From Paraspadella gotoi (lineage: Eukaryota; Animalia; Chaetognatha): DNA of 64,000 nt. Shown here in pieces: positions 1 through 12,300 of this stretch. Below the pieces are notes generated by a model that saw only the letters and a list, made by a program, of their open reading frames with translations, did no database searches and was not told the DNA's origin. The first letter of the stretch is position 1; every line of letters begins with the position of its first letter. A program made the position numbers and the translations under genes. The stretch covers positions 22,448,709-22,512,708 of the forward strand of contig CM119264.1 of assembly GCA_051294375.1 (NCBI GenBank), in the 5' to 3' direction.

Positions 1-685
1 TAAAAATTTGTTTCTGTGAGGATCTATTATATACCATATGATTTTTATTTTATACTCCTAGGAATGTCATGAAGGAAAATAAGCTTAAAATTGTAGATAA
101 AGTGGGGAATTAATATAAGCGAAAAATTTAATATAAATATGAAAATATTTCTTATAGAGTGGCTAAATAAATATAGTTAGAAATGAAAAACCAGTTATTA
201 AAAAATATCTATAGAAATTCAGCCATATGAGAATTAGACGTGTGGAGGGATGATGATGATTATATTAGAGAGTATGATTGTAACGTGGCGATGGATGGAT
301 TTTTCAGGAGAGTATTGGAGTGAGGAAAGGAACCGAATGATATGACTGGTGACGAATTTATAAAAGGAGAGGAGAGGGTTGCTATTACTACTTTTCAATT
401 AACTTTTCCGGAAGCTCTATTAGGAATCTTTTCTTAAAAAACATAATAATGTTTTAAAAAATAATCTTTGCCCATTTCGTGGTTAGATATATTAATAAAT
501 AAAAATTTTTTAAAAGCTTCTCTAGTGCCAACAACCCAATGAAACTAATTTCAGAAAATTAGTTTAGTGACACCAATTGAAAACCGATTAGTAATAGAAT
601 GCCGAAAATATGAGAATTGTTGAGGAGAGAATTAAAAAGTTACTTAAATTTTGATTTAGCATTCAATTTTGGCCCGCCTTAGTGC

Positions 686-1010
686 GGCATACGCCAAAGG
701 CTGCTGCTGAGTCTCTCTCCAAATAATGAGCTCAATGAGCAAGTCAATCTGCATTTTATTACTACGCAAGATTTCTCTCTCAGATCTCTACCACATGTGC
801 TCAATATACGGATAATATGCAGTTTCAAAGAGAAGTTATACAAGAATAGAAGAAGAAAAGCGACGTCAGAAGTGACGAGATAGAAGAAAGAATCCACACA
901 TATGACCAGATAAAGAAAATGTTACATAGAGAGATACATTTACATCAATTTTTCATACATACGATAAATAACTTTTAATAGAAAAGATCAGTAAAAGAAA
1001 AGCAAAGAAA
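686..1010 (+). repeat. Indel-rich copy of 6668-6910
   Basis: Shared GGCATACG(C)CAAAGGCT, AATGAGCTCAATGAGCAAGTCAATCTG and AGATACATTTACATCAATTTTT. Confidence 0.75.
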
Positions 1011-1672
1011 GAAAGACGAGAATATCAACCAAAAGAAGACAAGAAAGAAGAGATCCACGTGACCTCAATCTAAAGATTCCAGTCACGCGATTTTGTGGAG
1101 AAAAGAGTTGCCAGGATCAGACGGAGACAGAGACAGCAGACAGAGACCAGAGCGAAGAGAGAGACAGAGAAGGCGAGAGAGAGAACAGAGATGCCGACGC
1201 GCGAATATGAAAAGCTGAAAGTTGAATCCACTTGGGCTTTTTGTCGGAGGCCATGGAGAAGGGGAGGCCTCGCAGCAATTACTGATGGCCTTTGAGGAGA
1301 GCAGAGAGACGAGATAGAGAGGAGAGAGAGAGAGAGAGAGAAGAGAGAGGAGGAGAGAGAGAAGAGAAATGGCAAAGATTAAAATAGTCACCCATCCATA
1401 CCTGGACAATAAGCGGCAACCCTATAGCACGCTAGATCGTACGACTTTCCATACACCGGGCATACAGCGGAACACACTACGCTCCCATGATATCTGCGCA
1501 CTCGTCGCCGCCAACTCTCTTCTCTCTTTNNNNNNNNNNNNNNNNNNNNNNNNNCTGGCATGACTTGCTGGCCTGATGAGGGTCGCGGACCCTTCCGGGG
1601 AGAAAAGCTGGGGAGGAGAGAGAGAGAGCAGAGAGAGAGAGGATGAATTCGAGAAGCGGAGAGAGAGCAGAT

Positions 1673-1703
<31 letters not shown>

Positions 1704-2239
1704 GAAGTAAAGAGAAGAGAGAGAGAGAAGACAAAAAAATCACAAAATGAAAAGAGAGAGGCGAAGAAGAGGGAGAAAGGGAGAGGAGGATATTTGAGAG
1801 AGATTAAGCAAGGATAAATTAGAGAGGGGAGTTGGGTAGATACTTAGATAGGGATAGAGGAGAGCGAGGGTAAAATAAAAGAAATAGTAAGAATGAGAGA
1901 GAAAGAGAAGGTTTTTCAGCTCCTTTTTTATCATTTTTTACAAATATTAATAAAATCCAACATAATGAAGCTTGTAATAAGGCCAGAAGGACCGAAACAT
2001 CCAAGAAATTCGCGAATGTTCTTCTTTACTAATGAGGTCTTCTTGCCCTTCGTTTGTTTTTCTTTCCATCGTGCCATCGGTCTGTTTTAATTCGCTGTCA
2101 TCTATAATATTATATTTATATATATTTATAATATATATTTATATATTGGTATTATAAAATATAACAAAAAATTTAAGAAGGTTCTTTTGTTGAGCTGTAA
2201 TATGGTTTTGCTGCATCAAAATAAAAATTAAGTAGGATA

Positions 2240-3531
2240 TAGGGTTCGATAACCGTTAATTTTTTAGGAAATTTCGCTTCTTAAACCGTTAAAACTAACA
2301 GTTTAACGGTTTAACCGTTAAGATCGGTTAATTTTAATAATTCTACTTTAAATTTAAAATATTAGATTTAAAAACAAAATAAACGTATTTTAATGGTATT
2401 TTTTCTTTTAACTCTGCGCTCTTGAATGCGCTGATAAAAAGACTTGAAACAGAGTCGAAAACAGTCTATTTTTTAGTCAAATAAAAATTGTGGTAACAAA
2501 ACAAATATTTTTTGCTAATCTCATACACAACGAAACGATAAGGATAACCATCAAATTTTCTAATTCTCATATTTTTGTTTTTCTTCTTTCTCTCTTTGCT
2601 TTCTCTTTTTCTTCTCTAACTTCTGGCTATTCCCCATTATATTTTTTTAGTTGTAGTTTCTTAAACGCTGTTTTCTGTTGTTAATCTTTCATTAAACTAT
2701 GACCAATAGGTTCATTGACCATAAATATAAATATAAATTTTTTAATTTCATTCATTTAGACTGGTTGATTTATCGATTGATTTCAAAATATTTATTGATT
2801 AATAAATATATTTTATTAGTTTAGTTAAAAAGTATATCATCATTATCTTTTTTATATGTCTTTTTTAAGATTCGTCCCTTCTATTATTAATTTTTAAATT
2901 TTTTAAAATAATTTTTTTTATTTTGTTTTTATCATTTTTCATTCATTCGGTTTTATTTTCATTTGCCTTTCTTTGTTAATTTTAAAGAGGAAAGAAAAAG
3001 AGAGAAAAAGTAATTAAATAAGAGGAATTATTTATTTTTAGCTTAAATTTGAATACATATTATTGCATGAAAGGGCAAAAAAAAGGAAAAAGTTAAAAGC
3101 AAGGGCGAAAAAGCGAAGAAAAAGAAGGGGCCCAGCCATGGAAAGAAAAAGGGAGAAAAGCTGATAATGGAAAAAGAAGAGGAAACAGGAGAGTAAATTA
3201 AAGGGGAAGAAAGAATAAGAGAGAGATGGAGGATAGAAAAAAAAAAGTAAATAACAAAGCGGTAAAAAAGCAGGGGAAAAATTGCGGAGGAGGAAGAGAC
3301 GAGAGGGGTAAAAATATTGGTAAAGGAGGACGGAGGAATAAGAGAGTAACAGAAAAAAAAAATAAAGGTTTTTTTTTTAAATTTAAAGATTTCCATACCA
3401 AAAAATGAAAAAAAAAATCACATTTTTAAAATTAGAATTTAACCGTTAAAATGAATAATAACGCCGTTAAGTTAAAATTATTTTTAACCGTTAATAAACG
3501 AGTTAACAGTTAACGGTTAACGCGAACACTA
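2240..3531. mobile_element. Non-autonomous hAT-like DNA transposon (MITE)
   Basis: Imperfect TIRs: TAGGGTTCGATAACCGTTAA versus the reverse complement of the right end, TAGTGTTCGCGTTAACCGTTAA. Repeated subterminal AACCGTT/AACGGTT motifs at both ends. Near 8-bp TSD: GTAGGATA (2232-2239) versus GTAGGCAT (3532-3539). No transposase ORF. Confidence 0.7.
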
Positions 3532-4279
3532 GTAGGCATATGTGACGCAAGGATTGGCCTGTGCCGACTTTCGCACTGACGGACATTTGAAGATGTAGTG
3601 ATTTACTGCTCTGAGAGAGAGAAGAGCAGAGAGCAGAGAGAGAAGAGAGGAGAGAGAGACAGAGATGAGAGAGAGAGAGAGAGCAATAAAATATGGGTGA
3701 AAAGTTCGTCTCCTACGAAGACTCGGCTGATTGAGAAGTTTGAAGGCGGTGCAGGCCGCGGACCCTGACCGGATAGGAAGGATGTTTTGTGAGTTCGTAA
3801 TTGCGTTGAGGGGGGGGAAAGGTGAGTAGTGGAGGTAGGTAAGGGGAGCAGAGAAGAGAGAAGGATACGCAGAAAAGTGATGGGGAGATAGGTAGAAAAC
3901 TTTGTTGAATTAACTTGGAGAACGGAAGTGGAGGGAAACGTGGAGTGAAGAAAAATAAAAGTAGTGGGGGTGGAAATAAGAAAAATGAAACTAAACTGTC
4001 AAAACCGTTATGTTATTATCTGCAAGTGTTGATGGAGCGCGCTTAAACCACCAAAGCCTTGTGCCAAAGTCAGGGACAAGATAGCTTATTTATTAAATGG
4101 GATGGCATAAGTTTTTATATTGGTTGTACCAATTCATAGATTATAAAAAGAGTGAAAAAAATTAAAAAGACAACAAATTACTAAGATTTAATATCGAGAG
4201 TTTGTGCAAGTTAGACCTCTATTTAAATCGAGCTTTAAACAAATTTAATATTTTTGTAATACATTTCGCAAACGCAGTG

Positions 4280-4640
4280 GATTGAGCCAATTCAGCCGTC
4301 GACGAGGCGCCAAGGTCTGGCAGGCAATCGAGCGCGAGTTCCTCCAGCCAATCAGGAACGCGCGGCTTGGCCAAAGGTCGACTCTGCCTCGGTGGCCCTC
4401 TGCATGCAGCGGTGAAACTAATCAACAAAGGACCAGCCCTCTCTTTCCGCGTATTACCGCAGACGACGCCGCCAGTCACGTGCTCTCTCTCTCATCTCTC
4501 TTCTCTCTTCTTTCTCTCTCTCTACCTCCTCTCTTCTTTTTTTTTTTCCCCTTTTTTTTTCTCATCCCCTTTTTTTATCTCTTTTCTCAATCAGGATTCT
4601 CCATCAAGGGAATTCCCAGTCTGCGTCCCGTCCAATCAAG
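4280..4640 (+). promoter_or_regulatory. CpG-rich patch with multiple CCAAT boxes and a CACGTG E-box
   Basis: AGCCAATT (about 4286), AGCCAATCAG (about 4347), GTCACGTG (about 4475) and TCCAATCA (about 4631). Confidence 0.3.
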
Positions 4641-6239
4641 TTGGTGAATAAAAGAAAATTCTATTTCTCACTCGCCGGTCTCCCTTCTCCCTCTCTCTCC
4701 TCTCTCTTTCTCTCTCTCCTCCAGATATTTATCACACGATTTTCTCCACGATTTCTGAAATTTTCTTTAGATTATTTCCCATGTCATCAGGACACACAAG
4801 AGAAAAACTCTGGAGGAGAGGAGTGGGAAGAGAGAAGAGAGGAGAGAGAGAAAGAGAGAGAGACAGAGAGCGAGATAGAGCGAGAGTAGAGAGAGGAGAT
4901 GAGAGAGAAGAGGAGACGAGAGAATGAAGAAAAGAGCGAAAGAGAAGCAGACGATGAGAGAGAGAGAGAGAGCAGAAAGAAGAGAGCCGAGAGAGAGACG
5001 GAGGAGAGAGAAAGAGAGAGAGAGAGATCCTTCTCTCCCATTCAAGATTTGTTTGTCGCAATCATTGGCCAGCAAAGATTTGCCGTTTGCGTTTTTTCCC
5101 CTTTCGTCAGTCCATTGCAAAAGAGACCGTCTTCACTACCACAATTACATAGTCTTCTTCTTTTTTAACTTTTCTTCCATCCTCCCCTTATTTTCCCCCC
5201 TCCGCCTCCCCCCTCCCGTCTCTCCTACTTCCCCCTTTCTCTCTCCTCGTTTTTCTGGTTTCGATTATGGCTACTGTCATTCGGATTAAGAATTTATTGG
5301 CCATGTTCGCGACCCGATGACCCCAAACAAACTTGAGTAGCTTTGGATTCCACCTTCCGAGAGCAGAGAGAGAGAGAGAGAGAGCTAGAGAGAGAGGAGA
5401 GAGAGAAGAGCAGAGCAGAAGAGATGAGAGAGAGCAGAGAGATGAGAGAGAGAGAGAGGGAGGGGGGGAGGAGAGATATAGAGAGGGAGACAAAGCCGAG
5501 TTGAAGAGGGAGAAGGGAGAGGGGATGAGCTAATTGACGTAGAGAGAAAATAAACTTAACACAAACAAATGAAATAAGTTAAAAAAAGATTTAACTACGA
5601 TTTATTATCGAACCTTGGCCAATGGCCAAAAGCGGCCAGCTGCACCTTTTAGCACAATAATAATTCGCGTAGGAATTGGCAAGTAAAATTGAAAGACGGA
5701 GAAGAGGCTGGTTGGATGGTGGTTGAAAAGCTGTCGTTGGAAATTGAAAGAATGACAAGAATTTGGAAAGAAATGAGGCCGGTGGGTAAAAGAAATGAAA
5801 AAGGTTTCAGGCATTGAAATAAAAAGGGTGAGCATTTGGTTTGTGGGGGTAGAAAAACTTTAGTGAAAACATATTCCTAAGAAAGGTTTCATGTGAAATA
5901 TTGTTTAAGTTGGATTAAATAGATAAAGTAAATACAAAAATAAATCAAGTTACATGATATGGTTGGAGCAAGTGTCTGTGCTCGATAATTTTGATGTCCA
6001 ACAAATAATGAATAACAACAAATAAAGAAATAATGAAGTAAAGTGGAAAAAAATGTTTAAAAATTATGAATGGTGAAAATTGTTAAAAATGGTAGTTAAA
6101 TGAAAGCAGCGCCAGTGTGTGGACGAAGTTAAGGGGAAAAAGTGACGTGGGTAAGTTGACGAGATGAAGGAAGGGTGATGGTGAGGAGGGAGAGAGAGAG
6201 AGAGAGATGGAGAGAGAGAGAGAGAGAGAGACGAGATAC

Positions 6240-6270
<31 letters not shown>

Positions 6271-8693
6271 ACAGAGAGGAGGAGACGAGAACAAATTGGT
6301 CGAACACCGAAGGTGTTAGTACTGACGGAATTCATTTTGAAAAAAGTTTTATGAATGGCTCGTCATGACGGGAGACCACGAAATTATCATAAATTACGCG
6401 GCTATCGGAAAGCAGTTAAGCCAAATTGGATATCAGAACTGGAGAGGGGAGGAGAGATGGAAAGGAAGGAAAGGAAGGTAGAGAAAGGAAAATGGCGAAA
6501 ATGATTGAAAAAGAAAAGCGACTGAAAGAAAAATATGGTTTTGAGCGAAAAAAAGAATGAAAAAAAGGAAAAAAGAAAGAATTTATGAAAAAGGAGGAAT
6601 AAATGGAGGAAAGGAAGAAGGAAAATCTCGAAGACCACAGGATAGAAAGTGGGGAAGTGAGAAGTGGGCATACGCAAAGGCTTCTGCTGAGTTGTCTCCC
6701 AAATAAAAAACTACAACATCGATTAGCTCAATGAGCTCAATGAGCAAGTCAATCTGAATCTTTTAAGATTTATTTACACAAGTTTTACGTATTCGAGTTC
6801 AAATTTTGAGAGAAACGGAAGTACAATTAGTAAAAATTTCTAAAAGATACATTTACATCAATTTTTTCACCATCGATAAAAACTTTTTAAAAAATCAGTA
6901 AACGGACAAAAGAATAGACGTAGATCGACGCCAAACCGATCGCTCAACGTCGCCCTCGTCGCGCAGCCGGCGTCTCGACGTTGGCATTCGCATCGCGACG
7001 GACTGACGGATTGACGGACTGACCCAACGGATCCGACGATTAACTTCTTCTCCATCGCCGACGCCTTTCGTCTTCTTCTTCCTCCTCCTCCTCCTCCTCC
7101 TTCTCCTCCTCCTCTGATCCCCCAAAATTAGAAAACCCGACGTTTTGACCGAAATCGCTCCGGTTCTTTCTTTTTTTTTTCTTTTTTTTCTTTTTTTTTC
7201 GCAGAGGGAGAGAGGTTATGGGAGAGAGAGGAGAGAGAGGTGAGGAAGATAAGCATAAAGGGTGGGTGTAGGAGAATGAAGTTAAAGGGTTAGGGTGGAG
7301 GAAGAAAAACCTATTTTCCTCCCTCGGTGATCTCGTCGCGTCTCAATTTTCACTCAACCCACCCGGACGGACTTTTTTTCCATCGCACTTACCAATTTCC
7401 CGTTCTTTCCTGCTTTAATTTAAGACGGTCACTTTTCTAAAGGGAGAGGCAATATTGAGACGGTCTTTTTCTATATTCTCATTTCAGTTCTCCTCTCGCC
7501 TTTTTTTCCCCCGACGATTAGCTCGGGTTTAAAACGCGATATGCTATCACCCATACCCATTTCACTACCTATTTTCCCGCTACTTAACTCTGCGTTGATG
7601 GAGGAACATACTACATCACCAAAAGATATTCTCCGTCTTCTCCTCCATCTTTCAAAACAGCATTTTCCACCCTCTTTCTTCCCCCCATCTCTTTCCCCAT
7701 CGCCCCACCATTATTCCCCTTACCCGGGGAGACCTCACCATCGGTTCCATTTCTTAGATTATTGAGTCCGCCGTCCTAGAAGCAATTTTCTTCCCAATTT
7801 TCGTTGATCCTTCAAAGACGTGTATAAGCCCCCGTAAACATCTAATATATGGTTCGGCGCTGTCGCCGCCGCCGCCTCCGCCGTCTCAGCAGCCGCTGAC
7901 AACGCAGCCGCCGTTGCTGCTGACGACGCTGCCGATATCGCCGCCGTAGAGAGGGGGGAAAAAATACGCGGAAAAGACGCAGAGTGACTCGTGAGGCCGT
8001 GAAGCAATTTTGGCGAAATTTCGATGGAAACTCTGTTTGCGAGAGCAGGTTTGGGTCAGCGGGTGAAAGGCTCAGAGGTCTTGATATCAATGGATTTATA
8101 TATTGAAAACGATTTTTTTTTTTGGCAATGCAATTTTTTGAAAGTTTTGGCTAAGACTTACGTCCCCGTGGTTTCTGTTTTGCGATGTGCGTTCTTCTCG
8201 AAAATTACGCAAAAAGACGCTCGTAGGATTGCATTGATAGCAGATATTGTATTTTTATCATTGATCGATTAAAATATATAAGAGAATCAAGAATAGTAAT
8301 ATATTGTATACATATATAATATATATATAATATAGTATTCATGTATTCCCGATATAATTAAGAGAGTAGGTCCTTCTATGTTATTTTCTAGGGTATGAAG
8401 GTATAGCCTGTCAAAAGTCATGGGTAGTTGATAGTTTATTGAATTTATTTGATTTTTATATTGGTTTTCCCAATTTAATAGGAAACGCGTTTCTCCGATT
8501 ACCATTTTATTTGTTCCATGAAGGCAAAAAAGATTAATTTTTTTTTAATTATCAGCAATCCATCGCTAAAATTTTAAAGTTAATACATATTCGTTTTGTT
8601 CTCTTTTTACGTTTAAATGAAATGGCCTTGAGGTTTTTCAAAAGCGTATCATTTTAGTTTAAATTTTGAATGGAGTTATTTTTTAGGTTTAAA

Positions 8694-8873
8694 GATTAGG
8701 AGTTAAGCATGAAGATTAGGTTAAGGGTTAGGGATTAGGGCAAGTGATTAAGTTAGGGATTAAGGTTAGAGTTTAAAGTTAGGAATATTTGGTTATGGAT
8801 CTTAGTTAAGGAGTAAGGATTGAAAATATGAATTAAGTTAAGGTTAAAATTAAGGTTAAGGATTAAGGTCAGG
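8694..8873 (+). repeat. Degenerate TTAGGG/TTAAGG hexamer array (telomere-like)
   Basis: e.g. TTAAGGGTTAGGGATTAGGG, GTTAGGGATTAAGGTTAGAG, TTAAGGTTAAGGATTAAGGTCAGG. Confidence 0.6.
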
Positions 8874-9351
8874 TATTAATAATTTAGTTTAAGAGTGTAG
8901 AGAGAAAACGAAAATTTCGTTGCAACAACAAGTGAATTTATTAATAGTTAATAGTTTAAGAGTGAAAAACAGAAATGGGGATCGTTCAGAAAATAGTGCC
9001 ATCTTTAGATCGAAGACAAATGATTATTAATCATTGAACTCGAGAAAACTGGTTCTTTGGAAATGGAACATCGGAATCAATCAGTTTTTTTTTTTTTTTT
9101 TTTTTTTGACTAAGAAAGTCACGTTCAACTTGACAGTTCTTGTTCTGGTCACTCGAATTGTACTCGGTCACTTTCGTCACAAAGATCCCTTTTCGTCCTT
9201 TTCTCTCCTCCTTTTTTTCATATTAAGTTTAAGTATTAAGCATTCCAAAGCTCTAAAACTTATCTAGTATGATAATTGCATGAATTGTTTATTAAACTAC
9301 CAAAAAAAAAAGCAAAACAAACTTTACAAGAACCGAAGGATCTCTATAGTC

Positions 9352-12300
9352 ATGGAATCCTGTTGCGCATCTGGTCCGGGCTACGCCACGCCCATCGATG
9401 CTATGAAAGGAAATAAAGAGAAGTTACTCTACATTCCTTGCGTTGCCATTAACGACGACGGTGTCAATAATGGTAAACGAAGACCCGATGCTCTCGCGAC
9501 AATCGATGTGGATCCAGAATCTTCATCCTATGGAGAAGGTCTGGACCGAGGAGTGGTGTTGATGATTTTGTCGTAGCATAAATTATTACATTTTATCCTT
9601 TTAATACAAAAAAATATTATTTTTTTTTTATCCAGTGCTTCACATGTTGGACTTCCCTCATGTCGGCGATGAGGTCCATCATTCAGGCTGGAACACCTGT
9701 TCCAGCTGTTTTGGCGACTCGAGCAAAAAGCGCAACAAGTTAGTGCTCCCGACGCTGAGCTCCGACCGGGTCTACATCGTCGACGTAGGCGCCGATCCGC
9801 TTAAGCCCCAACTTCATAAGGTGATTAGAATGGATAAAATTGAAGAGACAGTGATAATTGTTATGTGTTAGTGACAGAACCGTTCAATATAAGCAGTCCC
9901 TGAGCTTCGGATCAGGCTGTAACACCGTGTTACTGCTAGGCGACCACCGGGCTAGAACCCCGGACCTTTGGGTAGGGAGGCGAATGACTTGCCTCCGGCA
10001 TCAATGGCCGCTGATGAACGGTTGGTGGATTTTAGTCCACCATAAAATGTTATTAATGAATTTAAAACCAATATAAAATTATCCATTCAATCAATAATAG
10101 CGTCTCAATCATATGTTTTCGGAGAAACAGGCAAAGACAGAAGAGACAGAGACAGAAGTGGAAGAGAGAGAAAAGGAGCAGCAGAAAGAGGCAAAGGACG
10201 AGGGAGGAAAAAATTTGCTTTAGCTCAAGAAACAAAGAATCGGATAACCAATTAACCATGCAACGCGACGAGTATTAAACGCTATATAAAACGTTCCTGC
10301 TTTTATCTTGCCAGGTCATCGAACCTACGGACAAGGGACTTTCTGGACTTCGCTCGCCCCACACTGCTCACTGTTTGGGCTCGGGAGAGGTCATGATCAG
10401 TTGCATGGGCGACGCGAACAACGACGGCCATTGCGGCTTTCTGCTTGTTGATGGTGAAAACTTTGAACCAATTGGAGAATGGATCAGCGATCCTGGTGAG
10501 GTCAGGGGCGGGGATCGAGAAAAACTAAAAGATTATTACACTTTTAAATTTTACATCATCTGTATCAATAAATGTACTGATGGTAGATAAAATTACAGCA
10601 GGGACAAAATAGGTGTCATAGAATGTTCCATGATGATTTAAAAGGAAATGCTTCACAGTAAATTTTGTCCTTATAAATAAATAATATAATAAATAATATA
10701 ATTAATTTGCTATGGCCTAGCTGAGCATCTTAAAGACCTCTTCCAGAAAAATATGGGTTAGTGAATTACATTTCTTCTTTTCGGTCTATTTGAAATAGTT
10801 AAATGAAGTTTTATTTGGTATTAGCAATGAAATACATAATTAGTCAATTAGTGATTTCAAAATTATCTTTTATTCTAACATTTCAATCAAATCTCATCAG
10901 CTTCCGTACCAGCGGATGCAATGGGCTACGACTACTGGTACCAACCCTACCACAACGTCATGATCAGTTCCGAATGGGGGAGTCCCAAAGCCTTCAAAAC
11001 GGGCTTCGATCCAAAGCACGTGGAAGAAGGAAAGTATGGGCGAAAATTGCACGTGTGGGATTGGAAAGAAAGAAAGCACGTTCAGGTCAGAAAAACTGAA
11101 AAAAAATTCTTGGAACAATAATTGATAAATATATTGAAAATAATTGCACATAATTATTATAACTAATTTACTTGACCAATTGATATATAAACGAAAAAAT
11201 TGAAAAAAAAAATAAATACTATCACCAAATCTCTTTCAGGAAATCGATCTCGGCCCTGAAGGTCTGGTCCCCCTTGAATTACGTTTCCTTCACAACCCAA
11301 AGGCCGCTGAAGGTTTCGTTGGTTGTGCACTTTCATCTTCAGTGTTTCGTTTCTTTAAAGACGGAGACAAGTGGAGCGCAGAAAAGGTGCCTGTAAATTT
11401 CAATATGTTTATTATTATTATTTTGATTGTACCAATTTCTTAAAAGATATTAAAACAAATATAAAAATCTTTGAGTCACTAACATCTCACAAAACCAAAA
11501 AATTGGGCCGTATTAGTTAGGGTCATGTTATTCCTTGATCAATGGTAAAAATTCGTGTGCTTGAGAAACGACACCACTCACTTTTCATCCTACATAATAG
11601 ATTTGATAACCTCTTTGGGAGCTTCCTGCCATAATGGCGTTCATTGATTGATTCATTAATTGATTATCACAAAGCAGTTCTCTCTCATGCTCTCTCATGA
11701 CAGACGAAGTGAATGGAATGGAAAGATGGACATTTGATAAAGAGAGTGCGTCATACCCCTCAGACATTAATATTTGCTGAAGCGGTCGTCTTAAAGTTGC
11801 TTCACTACCAAATCCGCTTTTTAGTAATACTGATAATTTTATTTATCTGAAAATTTGTCTTTTTTTTATGGACATTCATCAGGTAATACAAGTACAACCC
11901 AAGACAGTTTCTGGGTGGGCGCTTCCCCAAATGCCCGGCCTCATCACAGATATTCTCATCTCTCTTGACGATCGGTTCCTGTATTTGAGTAATTGGCTGC
12001 ATGGGGATATTCGCCAATATGACATTTCTGACACGTAGGAATATGAATCGCTATTTACAAAGTTTAATGCATGTTTAATTCATCTTAAAATAATGAGGAT
12101 CATTTTGTTCCAACAGGAAAAATCCGAAGCTGGTAGGACAGATTTTTATTGGCGGCCTGTTGGCACCTGATGCCAACAATCCTGTTAATGTGACGGAGGA
12201 TCCAGAAAGTGCTGATATTCCACCTCCAGTTTGCATCAAGGGTGAGTTTTTCATTGCAGCAGCAGCTAAAAATGATCTTGATCTGAATTTTCCATGTTTC

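Noticed and set aside
6867-8090. GC-rich short ORFs upstream of SELENBP1 as a divergent gene
   Set aside because: Low-complexity Ala/Arg runs from trinucleotide repeats; no consistent exon chain could be built.
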